Notes under the pieces: generated by a model
Seen by the model: only the letters and a program-made list of their open reading frames with translations
Database searches by the model: none
Told to the model about the DNA's origin: nothing
Assembly (NCBI RefSeq): GCF_009914755.1
Contig: NC_060937.1
Strand: one strand, 5' to 3'
DNA: 64,000 nt
From: the human T2T-CHM13v2.0 reference genome, Homo sapiens
Made by a program: the position numbers and the translations under genes
Part shown: positions 57,508 to 64,000 of the stretch, in pieces
Layout: every line of letters begins with the position of its first letter
How positions within the stretch are numbered: position 1 is the stretch's first letter

Positions 57508-58055
57508 TTATTTGGGGCAGAGAGTTCTGTAGATGTCTATTAGGTCTGCTTGGTGCAGAGCTGAGTTCAATTCCTGGGTATCCTTGTTAACTTTCTGTCT
57601 CATTGATCTGTCTAATGTTGACAGTGGGGTGTTAAAGTCTCCCATTATTATTGTGTGGGAGTCTAAGTCTCTTTGTAGGTCACTCAGGACTTGCTTTATG
57701 AATCTGGGTGCTCCTGTACTGGGTGCATATATATTTAGGATAGTTAGCTCTTCTTGTTGAATTGATCCCTTTACCATTATGTAATGGCCTTGTTTGTCTC
57801 TTTTGATCTTTGTTGGTTTAAAGTCTGTTTTATCAGAGACCAGGATTGCAACCCCTGCCTTTTTTTGTTTTCCATCTGCTTGGTAGATCTTCCTCCATCG
57901 TTTTATTTTTAGCCTATGTGTGTCTCTGCACGTGAGATGGGTTTCCTGAATACAGCACACTGATGGGTCTTGACTCTTTATCCAATTTGCCAGTCTGTGT
58001 CTTTCAATTGGAGCATTTAATCCATTTACATTTAAAGTTAATATTGTTATGTGTG
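57508..58055 (-). pseudogene. L1 ORF2p APE-like endonuclease fragment
   Basis: CCIQETH, GVAILV, NIYAP, MGDFN motifs; lacks the first 16 nt of ORF2. Confidence 0.9.
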
Positions 58056-59529
<1,474 letters not shown>

Positions 59530-59831
59530 ACAATGAGAACACATGGACACAGGAAGGGGAACATTACACTCTGGGGACTGTTGTGGGGTGGGGGGAGGGG
59601 GGAGGAATAGCATTAGGTGATATACCTAATGCTAAATGACAAGTTAATGGGTGCAGCACACCAGCATGGCACATGTATACATATGTAACTAACCTGCACA
59701 TTGTGCACATATACCCTAAAACTTAAAGTATAATAATAATTAAAAATAAATAAATAAATAAAAATACACACTTGAAATACATCATCTCATAGTAACTCTA
59801 TCAAGTAGTGCAGCAGTTGGAGTTCTGCCTG

Positions 59832-61007
59832 TATTATCTTCACCTTTTTCTGAGTACCTTGATAATGTACTTTGAAATATTTCTAGCATGCATATATGTA
59901 AGAAATTTAAAATGCTGTTTAGAAATGAAGCCTTTTTAGAAAAAATATAAAATTTGCTCTCACATTTTGTGAATTAGAATATCTCTTTAAAGTTGTGTAT
60001 GATACATACATATATAAAATTTGCTCTCACATTTTATGAATTAGAATATTTCTCTTTAAAGTTGTGTATGCTACATACATGTATTTGATTGAATTGATTA
60101 TTATATCTTTATTGATTTGTAACTATTAATTATATAAATTATTATTTAATATAACAATTATCCATTTGTTACATGTGCTGTAACTTTTTGGCATATGTAG
60201 TTTATGTTTTGAACATTTATGGCATTTTTCTATTGTATCTTAATTATTTTATACTAAATGTGTATTTTTTTTTGTAAAGCAATACTTGGATCGTTTATAA
60301 ACATGTATTTTCTCCTAGCAATTTTATGGTTTTTGACATGCTTAAATATTCATTCACATGACATTTATTGTGTTGATGAATATGAAAAAAGGAAGCCAAC
60401 ATTTTTGTTTACATATCATCAAGGACTTGTCCTAACAACATTTTTCTGTGTTACACACAGACATTATGACACAGGATCTCAGGGGCATCATTGTAATTAG
60501 AAGCTCACAAAACTCACCTTTGTTTTTAATTACAATAATAAAAATGTTTTCTTCAAATGAATTCAGGAGAAAAATGGCTCAAGGCTGAGTAATTGATTTT
60601 TGTCTTATGTACACTGCAATTAATGTAAATTCTTTAATTATTTAATTTTTAATTTTATCTTATGCACACTATAATTAAAGTATTTTATTTTTGATAGCTG
60701 ATTAAAAAAACAAAACAAACAAACTCCATAGAGCTAAAATGGAGACTGTTTTCTCTCAGGATTCCAATGTCTCAACATATACCTTTTGTAGTAATGGCAT
60801 CTATGACTTTATTTTGCATATATTATCTTCACCTTTTTCTAAATACCTTGATAATGTACTTTGAAATATTTCTAGCATATATATATGTAAGAAATTAAAA
60901 ATGCTCTTTAGAAATGAAGTCTTTTTAGAAAAAATATAAAATTTGCTCTCACATTTTGTGAATTAGAATATCTCTCTTTAAAGTTGTGTATGATGTGTAC
61001 ATATATA
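59832..61007 (+). repeat. Dispersed ~185-bp direct repeat (59832-60016 and 60821-61007) plus a 67-69-bp tandem sub-copy (59945-60011 / 60012-60080)
   Basis: Manual alignment gives about 10 substitutions and one 2-nt indel between the long copies. Confidence 0.93.
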
Positions 61008-61524
61008 CTGGCTAAAATAGCTCATATAGAGGAAACTAAAATCTTTAGATTTCCCAAGCATTTTCTTCTATTGCACTAATTTTTATTTCCTTTGTAGCAA
61101 AAGAAGAAATTATTTTAAAATAATAAGTAATAATATTTAAGTTATTGAGTTTTCAGTTATTTCTTATCAAATGTCAGCTCATACATATATTATTCCAAGT
61201 AGCTTCAAAGATTTTCTAAGCATATGTGTATAGAAAGCTGGAGAAATCTCTCTGATTTTTTTCTAAGTAAACACTCATATGGAGATTAATTTTTTGTTCT
61301 GTTTCCTCTTTTGATGAAATCCTGTTTATAAATATGCGATTATGATATTCCCCACTAAAATGTGGTCTCTAAATGTTGTTTCCCTTTTGGTTATTGTGTT
61401 ATGGTACTGCTTATTGGCTAGGATATATGAGTATAGAAGTGCCTTGATATTCCAATGTACACACAAAAGATTATAATTTTCCAGTGGCATAGTAAGCTAG
61501 GGAGCTAAAACTGAAATGAGACAT

Positions 61525-62880
61525 TAATTCATTTGTTTATTCACCTTGTATTCATTTATGTTTTGGCACTATGCTAGTCACTAAACATAGTAAATAAAAC
61601 AAACTCAATTTCTGGATTCATCACAGTTTTCTAATTTATAATCTTTGCAGTTTTAATAGCAACATGTAGTTTCTCATAAACTCAGAAAAAATTTAAATTA
61701 TGAGAGAATACAGCCATATGTAAAGTGCTATATGGTGCCAAAAGAAGAAGGAGATGAACAAAGACACAACATAAAGTCTCCCAATGAGACTGTCAATAGC
61801 ACTATACAGCTAGTTTAAGCGGAGAAATGACATCAGGAGAGGGCAAGCAAGAGAGGTAGAGAAAAATAAAATCATGAAACGGGTTTTGTGTTACAGATAA
61901 ATTCGAATGTGATTATATATGCAATTTGTTGCTATTGAATACCTTTTTAAAGAGAAAAGATAAACATAATTGCATTTTAGGAAAAAGCAGGAAAATTGAA
62001 ACAGTTTGGGACAAAAGCAGGTAAAATATTTAACACTAGCAATCATTATGGTAAGTAATAGCAAGAGTCTAGTGCAGAGCAGATAGAGAAAAGGAGATGG
62101 GTATGGTAGGCTAAGGAGAAAAAAAATCAGTTGGACTTGCTTTTAGAATGAAGGATAAATAGTTGTCCCGCTTTAGAGGCTGGGAGCACGGTGGAGTCAT
62201 AACTTCTGCTATGACTTAGTGAGAAATGGAAGGTTTGGGAGAAGAAAAGATAAATTCAATGCTGAAATGTTGTATTTTTAGAGTGTGTGGTTTCATAAAC
62301 ACGTAAGTTTTCAGCTCAAAAGGGCCAGCTAGTTTGTAAATAGTGATTTGGAATTACTTGAGAGAGAGAATAATATAATCCATATGAACAGATTAAAAGG
62401 CATATAAACAATAAGTAATCTGAGAAGCAAATTAGTTAAGAGAGAACCAATTTTTAGGCCACAATAGAAGTGGAAGAAGAGACAACAAATTACAAGAACA
62501 ACAAAGAGAACTAAAACCAATACCTCAGCAGAGATTTGCAGTAAGAAATAAGGAATCAGCCAAGAGTACCCAATAACAAAACTAGACCAAGTAAGATGAA
62601 GACTGAAATAACCCATTTTCATAATCAATTCGTTAATTTGTGAAACTCGCTGGACAAATTTTGATGGCGTAAAGAGTAGAAATCAGACAAGTAGGTTGGA
62701 GAGAGATTAAGAAGCATAAAAAATGTGCAGATAAATTTTATAATGATTTTTGAGGATTTTGAGTATAATGAAAGAGAGATTGGAGCTAAGGTTGAAGGGA
62801 GGTTTTCTTGATGTTATTATTGCATTTATAAAATGGGGAAATTAACGTTGTTTACATATGATGAAAAATAAGTGTCAATG
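61525..62880 (-). mobile_element. L2 LINE
   Basis: Antisense tail attcatttgtttattca...ggcactatgctag; gataaattcaatgctgaaatgttgtattttagagtg typical of antisense L2. Confidence 0.7.
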
Positions 62881-63018
62881 TACTCCAAAATATGTAAAGA
62901 TTCCAAAATTTATCTAAAATAAGTTAAAGGCTTCCATTTTGTCACTGTATATATATATTTCTAAATTTAGCTGCCAAATACCATACTCAATGCTATGATG
63001 TACCAATTAACTCACTCC

Positions 63019-63113
63019 TATATATGTGTTAATATATACACACATATATGCACACACATATATGTGTGTACATTATGTATGTATGTATGTATACATAGAC
63101 ATGTATGTGTATA
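63019..63113. repeat. Low-complexity (TA/CA/TG)n tract
   Basis: Alternating purine-pyrimidine run. Confidence 0.85.
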
Positions 63114-63431
63114 TCGCTAAGTATTAGTATGATTGGGAGAGAGAGAATAATTGAGGCAGGGGCAGAAGATTGGAGGAAGACAATCAGGATGGGTTTTGTA
63201 ATGACTATATTTAAGATTAACATGAGATATTCTGCTGAATTATATCTTTGTTTTAACACTTAAAATAATTGCTAGCTAGAAATTTAGAAAAGAGTTCTCC
63301 AAAATAATTTTTGAGAAACTGAATAAGAAAAAATAAAAAATAAAGTTAAACATTAATAAATGTTTCTTATACTGACTAAATCCAACCATTTGCAAATATC
63401 TTCCTATTTTCCATTTGTCTAAAAGCAGGTT

Positions 63432-63715
63432 AACTTATTCAGCAATTATTACTAAGTTCTTACTCAATGTCTTGTTCTTAGGTTACAATGATGATGAAAT
63501 AAGTAGACATGATGCCTGCCCTCACTAAGCATGTATCCTAGTTAGAGAGAAAGAAATAGACAAAACATACAAATAAACTATAACAATTTAGGAGAAGGTT
63601 AATAAAAATAATTTGAAGAAAATATGGAGAATAAATAAAGAGAAATATTTATCTAAGAGAAATTTTATTTCTTTTTTAGGTGCTAACACTTAGGCTGAGA
63701 CCAAATAGAAATGAA
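63432..63715 (-). mobile_element. L2 3' end
   Basis: cttattcagcaattattactaag...agacatgatgcctgccctcactaagc; taacacttaggctgagacc. Confidence 0.75.
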
Positions 63716-63927
63716 TGTTCCAATTGACATTGTTGCTGTCTATTAATAATTTTTCATCTTAGTTTGTTTGACTCCTATAGTTGCCCAGAAAAATAATTTT
63801 TAAACAAATTTTTCCCTACTTTTTTTTTTAACTTTAGGACATAAACCTTAAATTTGCTTATATAAAAATTAAACAAATTACCAAAATATTCTTAAGCATT
63901 TCCCTTTTTTATGAATGTCCTAAAAAG

Positions 63928-64000
63928 CATAATTATCATTACCTGAGGATTTGTTTAAAATGTAGATTCTTAGGACCTTGGCTAGTCCTAAGAAATCAGA
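63928..64000. mobile_element. MER5-type hAT-Charlie MITE, cut by the window edge
   Basis: attacctgaggatttgtttaaaatgtagattcttaggacc...aagaaatcaga. Confidence 0.65.

Overview
Primate (human or great-ape) genomic DNA: AT-rich, CpG-poor and dominated by transposable-element fossils. I can support no host protein-coding exon, RNA gene or CpG island, so this looks like a gene desert or the interior of a very large intron. Every ORF with a recognisable product is a transposon remnant: LINE-1 ORF1/ORF2, a MaLR internal region, an HSMAR2 mariner transposase, or Alu-derived frames. The best-supported structures are: (1) a young L1PA3-like insertion at 55718-59759 with a twin-priming 5' inversion and a perfect 17-bp target-site duplication (TSD); (2) a ~9.4-kb old L1M element (34476-43900) sitting inside a still older L1 and carrying a complete MSTA provirus, a MER46A/Tigger4a, a MER4 LTR with an Alu inside it, and two more Alus; (3) a full-length decayed HSMAR2 with a near-perfect 47-bp internal tandem duplication; (4) an LTR26 solo LTR with an intact 4-bp TSD; and (5) several local duplications of 23-185 bp. 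I found no convincing previously undescribed biological system. Subfamily names come from recalled consensus sequences and need RepeatMasker/Dfam confirmation; boundaries of old elements are approximate.
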